A DNA stretch of 64,000 bases, taken from assembly GCF_009914755.1 (NCBI RefSeq), contig NC_060926.1. The stretch is one strand, 5' to 3'. Each line of letters opens with the position of its first letter. Position 1 is the first letter of the stretch. Shown in pieces: positions 28,700 to 50,177 of this stretch. Below the pieces are notes generated by a model. It was not told the DNA's origin. It ran no database searches and saw only the letters and a program-made list of their open reading frames with translations. Source of the DNA: the human T2T-CHM13v2.0 reference genome, Homo sapiens. A program made the translations under genes and the position numbers.

Positions 28700-29310
28700 T
28701 TACTGATCTTTTTACTGTATCTATAGTTTTTAAGTAATTCAATCATTCACAATTTTGTACAAATATTATTACAGTCAATTTTAGAATATTTTCATTCCCC
28801 CATAAGGAAATTCTCCACCCTTTAGGCTTCACCCTCTTCCCTTAAAGTTCTCCATCTCTACATTAGTAGGAAACAATTATTTGGCTTCTGTCTCTATGTA
28901 TTGCCAATACTGAAAGCTTTAGTTAAATGGAATAATATAATATCTGGCCTACTATGTCTGGCTTCTTTCACTTAGCATACTGTTTTCAGGCTCCATTCAT
29001 GCTGTAGCATATATGATTGCTTTCTTTTTATTGCTGAAAATATTTTATAGTATAAATATACCAAAATTTATTTATTCATTCATCAGTTAATGAAAATTTT
29101 TGCTGTTTCTACTTTTTGCTTATTATGAATAATGCTGCTATGAACATTTGTATACAAGTTTTGGTGTGAACATAGGTTTGCATTTCTCTTGGGTATATAA
29201 CTCGGGGTAAAATTCTTGAATCACATGGCAATTCTATGTTTAACCATTTGAGGAATTTCCAGACTGCTTTCCAAAGTAGCTGCACCATTTTCCTTTCATA
29301 CCAGTAATGT
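28700..29310 (-). mobile_element. Old L1M (L1MB-like) 3' fragment
   Basis: tctggcttctttcacttagcat...aataatgctgctatgaacatt...ccaaagtagctgcaccattt. Confidence 0.65.
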
Positions 29311-30473
29311 CTTCCTTTCTTTTTTGAATGACACTCATCACCATTTATATATTTATGTGCATTTATATATTTATGTGTGCTGTCTCCACCACTAAAATGT
29401 TTTCTATTCTTAGCACAGGCACTTTACATAGGATTCACAACTCTGTGTTCAATACCCCAAACAATGACTGATACAAGTAATACTTGATGAATAATTAATA
29501 AATTAGAATAAACTTTGTGAGTTAAAATTAGGCGGCAGTACAGATCTTTGGATATATGCATGGTGTTTTATTACTACCAATTCCACCAAAAAATAAAGAG
29601 ATCAGAAACAAGTATTGTGAAATGGTGCCATAAATATTTTTAAAATTGTGTCTTGTATTGCTTTTCATTTTTTAAAGGTATGAAATACTTCAATTAAAAT
29701 TGTTTTAAAGAATCTGTAATGAAAATGAAACAAATGACATAGATTTAACATTTTTTAAATTTTGCTGAAATGATAGGTATTTTTCAAGTCAAAGAAAACA
29801 GATAAGAATGATTGCTGAAATTCCAGCAAAAGAGAAATGTGAGTCTGTGGGAAAGATGACTAAAGAAAGGTGGGCTTAGAAAAGAGATAATTAGGTAGAA
29901 GAAATGCATAATTTGCTATTTTACTCTTTCTTTATAATATTAATATTTATGAGAGAATATGTGAAAGAGAGGTCAATGTTCTGTATTGAATCTACTAAGA
30001 GAGGACACAAGAAAGGAAAGGAAAGAAAAAAGGAAGACCTTTGAGACTTTCACTTTTTATGAACTCTTCTATGAACTTCATATGAACTATAATCCCCCTA
30101 ATAGCCCTAACCTATAAGAAGTATGATGTGCATCTTAAGAAAACTGAGGTTCATAAAGGGAATATAACCTTCCAAGTAGCATAAAACAGAGTAATATTTG
30201 CACTCATAACTCTGTGAGTCCAGAATTCATGGACACTTCACCATACAAAGCTGACTTCCCAATAATTACTTTGTCTCCAGCATCATCTGGAAAGCATTCT
30301 GCCTCCAGTTGTCTTCATAATTATTCTGGTTTGCTTGGCAAGTAGCTCCTTTCTTTCTCCCTTCCTCCCTTCCTTTTTTTCTCCTTCCTCCCTCTTTCCC
30401 TCTCTCTTTCTCAGCTCTTCCTTTCTTTTTTAAGTTCGTTTAGTGGTTAAGAAGAGGGGGTTTGTAGTAAGAC

Positions 30474-30823
30474 TGTTTTAGGGGCTGAATTGTGTCCCCT
30501 TTCAAATTTATATGTTAAAGTTTTAACTCCCAGTACTTCAGAATTCAACTGTATTTGAAAACAAGGCCTCTAAAGAGGTTACTAAGAATAAATGATGTCA
30601 TTGTTGTTGAGTCCTAATCCAATATGACTGGTATCCTTATAAAAACAGGAGATTAGGACACATAGAGGAAAGACTGAACATCTATAAATCAAGGACAGAA
30701 GGCTCAGAAGAAACCAATCTTACTGATCACCTTGATCTCAAACTTATAGCCTCCAGGACCATGAGGAAATAACAAACTATTCATTTTTAGCACTTTGTTA
30801 TGGCAGCCCTAGCCAACTAAAAC
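30474..30823 (+). mobile_element. MLT1 (MaLR) solo LTR inserted in a MIR
   Basis: TG...gggctgaattgtgtcccc...ttgttatggcagccctagccaactaaaaCA. Confidence 0.8.
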
Positions 30824-33800
30824 AGACTATAAAGCTTCAAATATCAGTTCCGTAACTTACTAATTATATGAATTTGATACTATATTTACTTCCTATTTGT
30901 CTCTATTTACTTATCTATAAAATGAGTATTTTACTAGAACCTACTACATAGTATTATGAGGATTAAATATAAAAGAATTAGAATAGTGACTAGCTTGATA
31001 ATGTTAGCTATTATAATTTTTATAAGTAATCCTTGAAAACCTCTTGGGTACACTGTAGAAACAGAAGCTCAGTATTTATAGATCTTATTCTGCATTGAGA
31101 ATGTCATCTCAGACTTTTTGAAGGTCTAAAAATATAACTGAAAAATAGCACTGATTTGGAAAGAGTTTAGGATCAAACCGAGAGACATTTTTGTTTGAAT
31201 TTGGTTAAGCATGGGAGCTTAGATTTGAAAGACTACAAGTGGTAAGGTGAAGCAGTACAGGTCTCAATGTAAAAGACATGTTCTAAAGATTCAGATCCAT
31301 TGGAGCTAAAATATTTTGGCAATTTGGCTTTGGTGGCCAGAAGAAAAAACCTCGAAAGGAATAGCAACAGATATTGACAAAAATGAAATTTATGGGATGA
31401 AAAAAAAGAGCAAGAAGCTCACATAGAATTAAAGAGAGTAATAGGATTAAATCATAATATTAAATTTCCAGTTCATTATTTTGGGAAAAGCATGATACAA
31501 CTAGCAGGCAGTTATTGATCTGTTTTATCATTAGTTTTGGGGTATACACATTATTTTATCATCTTTAAGTGAATCTAGAAAAAAATTTATGGTGCTAACA
31601 TGTATACTAAAAGCATGGTACTTATCTAAAGTTTCTAGTTCAGATTTTTCTCTTTATTACATATTGTTGAATTTTTTTCTTTTTTAAAGTTTTACTATTA
31701 ATCTCTAAGCTCAATGAGTACTTTGCCATGTCTAAAAGAAGGAAATTTCATTTTAGCTGCTGATTTATGGTGTACCAGTGGAAGACAGGAGAGACAAAAC
31801 CTGACAACCAGAAAAGAAAAAAAAATAAATTGAAGAATCTTTCTAATTTTCTGCTCAGCAGTGGCTAATGTTGTTGTCCTCTTGTTGTTGATTACTTCCA
31901 TCCACTCAATTTGGCTGATCTCCAGGGGGCCTACCCTTCTGTCCACTAAAACCTGGCAGCCTGTTTTTTGTTTTGTTTTATCTTTAACTGATGTGCTTTC
32001 ATTTTGTTTTATTTTATTTTGATTGTTTTTCATTTTGGGTGAGTTTACAGCACACTAATACCAAAGAAAATGAATAAAGAAAACATTAGAATAAAACTAT
32101 GTTGGAGGAGAAGGGGAACAACAAACTCTACAGGAATTCTGATAGCTTTCTATTTCCTTTTTTTGAAGTTTACTTTTTGCAAGTAGTATTCTCAATTGTA
32201 AATCCACAAAATATTGAGAATAACTAGGATCTGCAAATGGATTTTTGTTAATAAACATTCTTTACTAGATTTCCAACTGTATTTCCCCAATGGAGAACTT
32301 GCATAATCTCAGGGAGAGGTTTGAGAGCCAGATTTTTCTCAGGAAAAGAGTATTTCCTGAATAAATACATTGTGGGAATGCAAATGTTTGAGCAGTTTCC
32401 CAGGGGAGGTTTAAGGCCGTGTGACTGCACATTTGCCACGTACCAAATTCTAACAAGTCGGCACAGAGCCTGCTTTATCTCTTTATTAATGTCCCTGTTG
32501 GGTCCCACATTTTTGGGATGTCGAGTCATCACTATAAAGATTATTTTGGCATTAAGGTTCTTTATATATGACATAAAATTAAAAAGATAAAATTTTGTAA
32601 ATTTGGCTGTATGCTGAATATATACCACATTTATTTAAAGCAATAATATTAGAAGTGCAAAGATGTATCATTATAAAACATCATTTTTTATAATGGTTTA
32701 CTATTTTCACAGTGGTTTCTTATCTGTTAGACTACATATTGACAATAATACTGTGCAAGTATGTTGAATAGTGCTATGCAGGTACGTTGAATTTATCTTA
32801 GAGCTACATAATATATTTTTCAGCATTATATGACTAGATGGCTAGTAAGTGACAAAGGCAGAACTAGAACCTGGACTACATTATCCCAGAACATCCTGAA
32901 AAATAAACAAAATATATGAAATAGAGGCCAAAGCCCAACCCAGGAAAATATAATAAATAAATATATTAATTAAATTTGTCTATATTTATTTTTGATTCAG
33001 TGAGTTGCCTAAATGTTTTCTATTTCTAAATTAAAATCTAAATTTCATTTATATTTATTATCATAAAGTACTTCTACATCACTCTATCCACATATATAGG
33101 AATCTGGGTTTCAGCCCAAACCCTAATTAACCTCATCAGAGAAGGGCGTAGGTCTAAAGCTTAGAAACCTGGAGAATTGCCTCTCACAGCTGGGAATAGG
33201 GCAAAGAAGTTCACCCAACAGTCAAACCCTGAATGAATGGATTAGTACAAGCCTAAACAAGAGAATGTCTAAAGAGATACTTGAAAATCTATTAAGTATT
33301 ATATTTATTTTCCCTTCAAACTTGAAAGGAAATACAAAGCATTTATATACCAGTTTTTTTTAAAAAAAGTCTTGGCTAAAGAGTTGAAAAGAGCAAACCC
33401 TGTTTTATTTCAGCCTCCTTTCAAACATGTTATTATGGTCAATTCAAATTATCTGGGATGAATTGTTATATGAAGATTAAGTCTGTTTAGATTTGCTCTG
33501 TAGATGCCATTTTATTACTATAGGAACGTTAAATTACAGTTTGTCCTTCTAATTATAACAATCATAATGTAAATAGCAGTTTCCATTGTTGAATCTTTAT
33601 TATTATTGCTTTTCTCATTTGTATCTCATACTCACCTTAAAAGAACATTATCTTATGCTCATTTTATAAAGGTAAGAAACAATGGTTCAAAATAACAAAT
33701 TGTCCAAAAAACAGCAGTGTAACTATATTTGACCCTGAAGCAAATGCCTTTAATCACTGCTCTATGCTGTCAGATTTTTTAAGATAGTGTTGGTAAAAAA

Positions 33801-34227
33801 AAAAAAAAATTAGTAAAAATCATATTTAACACTGATGTATAGATTGAGTAGTGTGACTCCTTTTTATAAAAATGGTAAGAATTTGAAAAAGGCAGTAAAG
33901 ATTTGATACAGGCAGTCACCATCTTATAATGGAGTCATTCCAAACTATGTTGGTAGGACCAGTTTTTTGGAACACTGAACATACAATATTATAAATGAAA
34001 TTTATGTTGATAGTTAACTGGTAAAAACAAACGAACACGAATAAAAAAGCCTCAATGCATAAGGATGAACTAGTCCAGGTTTGAAGTTTGGTAAGAATGC
34101 TGCATCAGACCCAGTTCAAGGTGGCTTTTATTTGCTATCACTTCCAAACAGCCAATAAGTCTTAGAATGGATCTTCACCAGGTAAGAATACAATTGATTC
34201 TGTGAGTGAAGCTCTCAGGAGCTCTCT

Positions 34228-34605
34228 CAGTCTATTAGGGTTGCTGTAACAAAATATCACAGACTGTGTGGCTTAAACAACAGAAATTTGTATCTCACAG
34301 TTCTGGAGGCTAGAAAATCCAAGATCAAGGTGCTGGTCCAATCGTTCCTGGTGAGGGCTCTCTCTTGGCTTGCCAATGGTGGCTGCTTTCTCCCTATGTC
34401 CTCACATGGCCTTTCCTGTCCTGTGTGCACATGGAGAGAAAGAAAGATATCTTTTCTCTAAGGCCTTCTTTAAGGCCATCAATCCTACTGAATTAGGATT
34501 GAACATTTATTATCTCATTTATGTTAATTACCCCCTAAAACCTTACCTTCAAATGCAGTCACATTGGGGGTTAGGTATCCAACATTTTGGGGAAACACAA
34601 CTCAG
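34228..34605 (-). mobile_element. MLT1 (MaLR) solo LTR hosting TFPI exon 2
   Basis: ttgctgtaacaaaatatcacagactg...tctcacagttctggaggctag...ggggaaacacaactcag is the reverse complement of an MLT1A-type LTR. Confidence 0.85.
34299..34420 (-). other. TFPI: TFPI alternative 5'UTR exon 2 (122 bp), exonised from an MLT1 LTR
   Basis: Acceptor ACACAG|GACAGG, donor AGAACT|GTGAGA; length and sequence agree with my recollection of the TFPI mRNA 5'UTR. Confidence 0.85.
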
Positions 34606-37211
34606 AGCAGGAACATTCCTAGTGTTTCAAGAAAGTGTCTCTAACTTGGTTGCAAGTTTGTCTTGGAAGTGGGGGTCACTGCCTTTCTATCAGTAGGCTG
34701 GAGCTGAAGATACATCAGCCCTAGAGTGCACTTTCTAATGTGCAATTCAATTCTTTCCTTTCCACATAGCTATAGACTTTGATTCTCTGTTTCTTGCGGC
34801 ATTACTAACCTTTAGGCAGGACTGGTCATATCAATCACATTTCTATTGAAAATACAGCAATCGCCAACTTCTTATGTTGTACATTTTATGATAATTTGCC
34901 CAAACTATGGTGTTTGTTTATTCGTTTGTTTTTGGTTGTTCCTTAAGAGTGAAGTACTGGTCTGGGAAAGTGACTGTTTTCTGTAAGTGTTCTCCAATGA
35001 GAAAGTGTATTTTTTGCTCACAATAAGAAGGAAAGACTTGGCAGGGAAAACAGATCCTCACCTTCGAATTCCTTCTCTACCCTTATTTCTCAACTGTAAT
35101 TGCAAATCACATGTAAGAGAGCAGAAGGCACTGCCCTGGAGGTCAATTCTTGTAACCTGAAATTGAGTAATATATTTGTTTTCTGATTCAGTTAGTTGTG
35201 CAGACTAACTATGAAAGTACCCAGAAGGCTTGTTTTGAAATTGGAGATCTTTTTCAAAATTGCGCACAATAAAATTCGCATACTAAACATTCTAAGGGCC
35301 CTAATCTAAATATGTAATATTTACCACAAGATTTTAGGAAAATGATCAGTTATTATCATGAATATGAAAAAAGTTGGAAAGACATTCCCAATGGCAGCAG
35401 AGAGAAAACCTGGTAAATCCTACCCATATTGTCAACATTATCTCTTCACTTTTGGCATCGTCCCCTGACTTAATCACATGAATGGAATGGAAATATTGCT
35501 TCTATATAAAATCTCTACTCAAGTGGTGTCTTTCAGAGCGTAAAATAACTTGATGGTTACGTTCTCTTCCTTCCTATGCTTTTTAAATCACTGTACCTCT
35601 TCCTGTGTTACACATTATATATTTATTTGCTTACTCTGTCTTTTCTCTCAAATGTAAGCTCTTTAAATATGGGAATCATGTTTGTTCTTTCTGGTACCCT
35701 CTGGAACTCAATGGATATTTGTGAAATAAATCTTTTATGAATTAAAAATTCGGTAAAAATTGTTTTATTTTGTATTTTTTTTACAGAAAGTAAAAGGTCA
35801 CTGGAGAAATTTAAAACAAATATATAAGCTAAAATTATTTTAAATGGTATGAATAAAAGTGAATATAATGGGTAATGGGCCTCGAGTATAAACTAATCCT
35901 TTATTAGAGAAGACAATTATTACTTAACTAATCATTTTTCCTTTCTTCCACCTTTGTTTCTCACAAAACCTGTCCATATTCTGTACTCATAAAATGTATT
36001 CTCAAAACTTCTATTAAATGGACAGTAATGGAGTCACAGCAGCATCTGGCCACAACTGACTTGCCAAGGAGTCAATACCTTTACAGACTCAGGCTAACTA
36101 CTGTCTGTAGAAAGGTGTGTGGTATAGAGTTCTACAGAGGGCCAGTACTAGAGAGGCTGCTGCAGTAAACTTAGTTGTTTATATTTTAGTTTCTGGCTTA
36201 GCTCATGACTGTAGAGTCTCTAATATACTCTATATTCTACCAAAGAATTCCAAATTGTGCTTTCAAGGTCTTATTATATAAAATGTTTATTGTGTCTGAA
36301 TGAATTCAGTCCGACAATGAATCATTAAAATGTGATGTATTTTATCAGCACCTTATTGATGTAATAATTCGTTTCTTTTTACAGTTATTACAAGTGTCAA
36401 TAACAGAAAAATATTCACAGAAATTTTTCTGTTTTTTTGCAACCATTTGATTATAAATAAATTTTCATATCAATTTTTCTATTTAAAAATATCGATAGCA
36501 TATTCCTCTTTTGATATGATTTATATGATCATGATAATCGTACAAGTTCTATGTCAACCAAAAATTTTATTTTTCCTCATCTCTGCAATGGGAAAAATTA
36601 AAAAAGGTTTACCAATGCAGTCACCTAGAAATTGACCATTTTATTTATGTTTGATGCCATTTACAAAAATAGTTTATTTTTCATGTAAGTGATACATTGA
36701 CATGTCTAAAGACAGCATTCTATTTGATATTATTAAAATTGTATTCATTATAGTTAAATAAAATTTTTCTATGACCTTTTATAATACACTTAAATACTTT
36801 CTTCCAAAGGTAGAAAGGATTGAGAGAATGAAGATTTCTTACCAACTGCTTTTATTTAAAATTTTTTTTTCAAAATTGGAGGATTCTATTTATTTTTAGC
36901 TACATATTTAACTAACTGTTCTATTCTTTTAGTATTTAAAATATTAAAACTGTCTTTTTACACTGGAAAAGTAATACATGTGTATTTTTCCAAATCATAA
37001 AACATAAAGCAGAATAAAGAAAATACAGAATAACCATCAATCTGCCTATTCAGAAGCAACCTCTGGTTGTATATGATTTCTTATGCATGTTAATATGTAT
37101 AAGTGTGTGTATATGTGTGATTATATTTATATGAGCATATGTGAATGATCATTGCACATATATTGTTTGGTAACCTCCTTTGTCATTGAATGAGATAATA
37201 TTGATAACTTT

Positions 37212-43672
<6,461 letters not shown>

Positions 43673-44015
43673 ATTAATAACTTTCCAAACTGACTTGCAT
43701 AACCTTATTTAATGGCTGCATAATATTTTTTGGATATTTAAAAATTTATGTTACCATTCTCATATTTTTGGGCAATATCTATTTTTGCAATTGTAAGTAT
43801 TCATGCAAAAGTGTGTTTGTAGTCTAATATTTCAAAACTTTGAAAGTTACTTATTTATGGTAAATTCACAGGAGAAGAATTATTGGGTCTAATATTTAAA
43901 CATTTGAATAATATTAATATATATTGAAAATTGTCATTCAGAGATATAATATCAACATACACTTTTCTTATGAGCATATGAAAGTGTTTATTTATTTGTA
44001 CCTTTGCCTAAATAG

Positions 44016-44045
44016 AGTGTGTGTGTGTGTGTGTGTATGTGTATG
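44016..44045. repeat. (TG)n microsatellite
   Basis: GT run. Confidence 0.9.
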
Positions 44046-44747
44046 TTCTTTCAAACTTTATCAATTGTTCATATGGATTTCAATAAACATTAAGGGGCTG
44101 CTACTGTGGACAGTATAATGTCTGTGAGTACATTAGAGAAATATTTTACAGAGTGTGAGAATGCAAAGTAAGGACCAGTGATAATAAAGTTCTAGGTGTG
44201 CCCTTGTACACTCTTTTTTTCTTTCAAAATAACTTAAGAATTAAAATGAGATGGAGCAAATAAATATATTGATGTTATTTTATATGTAGGACAAGGTAGT
44301 GTGAAAAAATGAGATGGATAGAATGGACATAGGAAAGGCATAAAAAAAGATCGAAGTTTACCAACTTTTTAATGGAAAAACACACTAACCATCTATAAGA
44401 TTCAGTTTTCCATTTGTTAAATGAGGCTATTAAGCCTATTTGTGTTTACGAGTGAAGATAATGTGTAAATACAGCAGATAGTGTGTAACCTTAGTGCATT
44501 TTCCTCAGCAAAATTTAATCCACGATTGGAAACTCCAACATTTGTGATTTTTTTCTAGAAGTAGAAAATCCCTTCAGATAAAGTTTGATGAAAGTAGATA
44601 GAGAGCTAGAAAAAAAATTGGTCCATTTGTTTTCAAAAGGCTAGATGTGACTTATTCCAAATCAGACAACAACAAAAAAGAAATGGTGGAGGAGAGGAGG
44701 GATTGTTAATGTGAAAGCAGTGTCTAGTTTATCCTCAAACTGAATAA

Positions 44748-45132
<385 letters not shown>

Positions 45133-45536
45133 ACGTCATCCTCATTTATAACCCTTAACTATTTGAGCTTGATCCTAAACAGAAAGAGTAAGATCCTTAC
45201 CTTGCTGCAAAAAATTGCAAAATAAGATGGAAAAAACATAGTGTGTCAATAAATCATATCATACTATGATCAAAATCACAGAAGCCCCACTGCATATTCA
45301 GTATAGGGGGATTAATGCTGTTAATAATATGACAGCTGTGAACTGGAAGGAAATAGTATTTTGAAGATAGATCCTTGGTAAAGTGAAATATCAAAAACTT
45401 CTGAAAACTTGGAAAGAAAGCTCGATAAATTAGGACAAAGAATGAGCAAAATCTGTGAGAAATTTTATAGATGTAAGTCATATAAAGAGATGACTTCTTT
45501 TATGTAATACATTTTCTTAAAAGAAAATAATAAACC

Positions 45537-45869
<333 letters not shown>

Positions 45870-47516
45870 TTAATTAAAGAGGCAACTTAAGAGATAGGAT
45901 TAAATAATAACAGATCATTCAAGATGCTTCAGATTCTGAAGCACAAGTGACCACAAGCAATATATTATGTAAAAATATTCAGACACATTTTCATATATCT
46001 TCTCCATATTTCATAACATCACAAATACTTACCACACACACTCAAAAACTGTAAGACATAAAACTAAAAAGTTATCCTAACATGTATACTTGAAAGTTTT
46101 CACAGAGCAATTTGAAATATATTCTGGAATATCAGAAAGCCAGAAGTTTGGGGATAAGAATTATCTATGATTTGTAACACAATATTGGAAATAGTGGTCT
46201 AATTTTTGAGAAAATTCAAAAGTAAATTCAAGAGACTTTTATGATTAAAATGATAAGGCAAGTGAGGAAGAGAGAGGAATCAAGGCCACCTACAGTGAGC
46301 ATCTGACTTTAGCAAAGGAGTCAATTGATGGTTCCTGGCACTGACTTGGGAGCCTAAAATAAAAAAGAACGTAGCCCTAGGAAGGTGATTAATTCAAGGT
46401 GAGGCAGTTTGAGTTTGAAGGATTTGTGAAACCTCCAGTGGAACTATGAAATAAAAAGCCCCATATGTAGCTATGGAGCTCAGAATAGAGGTCTCTGCTG
46501 GAGACAAAAACTTGAGAATCAGGAGACAAACGATCATTGTTTCGTGGGGTGAATGAGATCTATTTATTTAACAAGTATATATAGTATTTGATGTGAAGCA
46601 AGCACTCTCCTGAACGCTTTTACAAATATTAACTCATGTAATCCTCATAGTGACTATGAGGTGACTGTGAAGATTGGGAAGGAATATCCTAGAAGTGAAC
46701 TCTGAACAACCAGGAGAAAAACAAGTATGAGAAAACTGAGAGGAAATGGCCAGCAAAGCAGGAGAAAACTTGGGAAGCCGCAGTTACACAAACACTAGGG
46801 GAAGTGATTATTGCCAGAAATTGTCATGAGTCAACAATGTCTAACGCACAGAGTGTTCCAGAGGGCAAGGGGTAAACACATGCATGGGATTTAATGACAA
46901 TGGCATCACAAGTAACCTTCTAAAATATTTTAGCGTGAGGGGGCAGCAGCAAGTGAGATGGGGTAGGAACAGGAACAGAGGCTATGAAAACAGAAATTTA
47001 GGATGCTATTTTATAAATCTGTGCTGAAAAGTAACAGACAGAATTTGAAGAGAAAAATTTTATGAAGGTTATAGTTGTATATGGTTAAAAAGGGAGAGTC
47101 AAAAGCTGTAAGAAAAGTAAAATAAATAGCAGATGCGAACCCAGGCACAGGTGAAAAGAGTTTAACTGTGGGCTGAATAAAAGATGTATTTCCCATTAAA
47201 ATGATAGGTTTTCTTGGTGGGGGATACAAATACATTTTTAAAGTGTGTGTAATGAATGTGTGTTTGTGTGTGTGTGTGTGTGTTTTGCCAGGGGAAACAA
47301 AGAAACAGAAACAGAGAGAGAGATGAGAAAGTTGCTGAAGAGCAGATAGGAAGACGAAAAATTTCTTGCTGTGATTAAATTTTGTGTACAAGAAAGAGAT
47401 TGAGATTGTCTTTCAGAATGACAAGAAGCAGTAGACTTTTAAAAATGTGAAGGTTTGATGTTTTCTCTAGGTAAAATAAAATGGAGCATTAATAATTTAG
47501 CATTAAAAGATTTCTG

Positions 47517-48026
<510 letters not shown>

Positions 48027-49482
48027 TCATCAACTAATCATTTTTTCTACATGTGTTCTTTCAATGTTTAGAAATGTAGATAATACTTCAAATTAGTAAT
48101 ATCACACTTGGGAATTAAAAATATTAAAATGGCTATGTGCACGTTCATATTTATTTTACTAGAGAAAATAAAATTACATTTTAAACAATGTAGATTTCCA
48201 ACATAATTAAAGTTATTAGATATGGTGGCACATCCATCTACCGAATTTAATATACACTAAGTTAAACTGGCAGTGATAATGACTAGAAGATAATTTGGGA
48301 ATAATCCACATGATACGAATTTGAAATGCTGTACACAAAAATAGATGCATAATTTAAGATCAACCAAGTAAAAAACTGGTGTTCATGGAGAAAAAGATGG
48401 TTTGGTAACAGAAAATACTTTAGGTCAATGAGATTATGAATTCATTTTCATAGTTTCTCTTCTACTTAAAAGAAGTTTAGTCATCTGGTTTGTTTGCTCA
48501 TGAAACATTCTCTGCTACATTAGAGAGTGAGAAGACTCTTTAATATGTTCATAAATCCAGCTCTCAGAGAAGGTTAGCCTACACCCACCTAAAGAATAAA
48601 TCACCATTAACCCACATTAATCATGGTGATTCCATTAACTTTATAGTGTTTGGTTTAGATATCTCTATATGAACTCTGGCTAACAAGTTGAGAGGGGATG
48701 TAGCTGCATGGTTGGGGATGGGGTGATTTTGAAAATTCTCCTTGCTGTGAATGCAGCTATATGGGAAGAACCACAAGGTATCTCCTCCTTCTATTTGTCC
48801 TGTCTGTAAGTGACACTTGTTACTGAAGCTGCAATCTTGTAACATTGAGGCAGACAAACTAAAAATAAAATTTATCTGCTGTGTATGATGGAAATAAAAA
48901 TATAGGAAAAACCTGGTTCCTTGTTGAAGGAACCAGTCTTGAAGCAGCTTACCTCTGTATTTTGTACCTCTAATGCAGGCTAATAAATTTAAGCTAATTA
49001 TTTATGCTACCTGTGCTGTGGTGGTTTCCTATCAGCAGCCAAATATAACCTCACAGTTGTTTTGCTGTTTTTGCTTTCACAAAAGAGCTATTAACCAACT
49101 TAAAAATGTTTTTTGATTGAAGGATGCTTAGGGGATGAGAGGATATCAACAATATAAGCCCATGCCAAATCCCCATTTCTTATCATTAAAACTGACCTGA
49201 CATTAAAGCAATGCTTAATTTTTTACCATAAGAGTGAAATTTTGGGATTATAATTTTAAAGTGTAAAATATTTACACTTAAATTACACTTATAATTTTAA
49301 AGTGTATAATATTTACACAGATTAAAATAAAATATGGGAAACAATGAAGCAAAACATTCTAAACTTGAAAAGTAAATTGATATTACAAACACAGAGTGAC
49401 TTAAAAACAAACAAAAACAACAAAAATCAAACCTCCGTTATAATTGCAGATTTGTTGACTAAATGTTTACTAAAAGACTGGC

Positions 49483-49585
49483 TAGCTTGAGCCCAGGGGG
49501 CGAAGGTTTCAGTGAGCTGAGATTGTGCCACTGCGCTCCAGCCTGGGCAACAGAGCAAGACTTCATCTGGAAAAAAAAAAAAAAA
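49483..49585 (+). mobile_element. 5'-truncated Alu (right-arm fragment)
   Basis: gcttgagcccagg...ccagcctgggcaacagagcaagac followed by poly(A). Confidence 0.85.
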
Positions 49586-49761
49586 GACTCGCTAAAGGGA
49601 AATTTCTTTTTGGATTTGGCTCTTTTTACAGGAAGTCATACTTTTCTGGAGAACTACTTGATGAAAAATTTCTTAACCTTACTTCATGAATCAAATCACA
49701 ACTCTTTCTACATTTTAGATTGTGAAAATCTCACTGATAAGAAAAAATAATTGTTTCTCTT

Positions 49762-50177
<416 letters not shown>

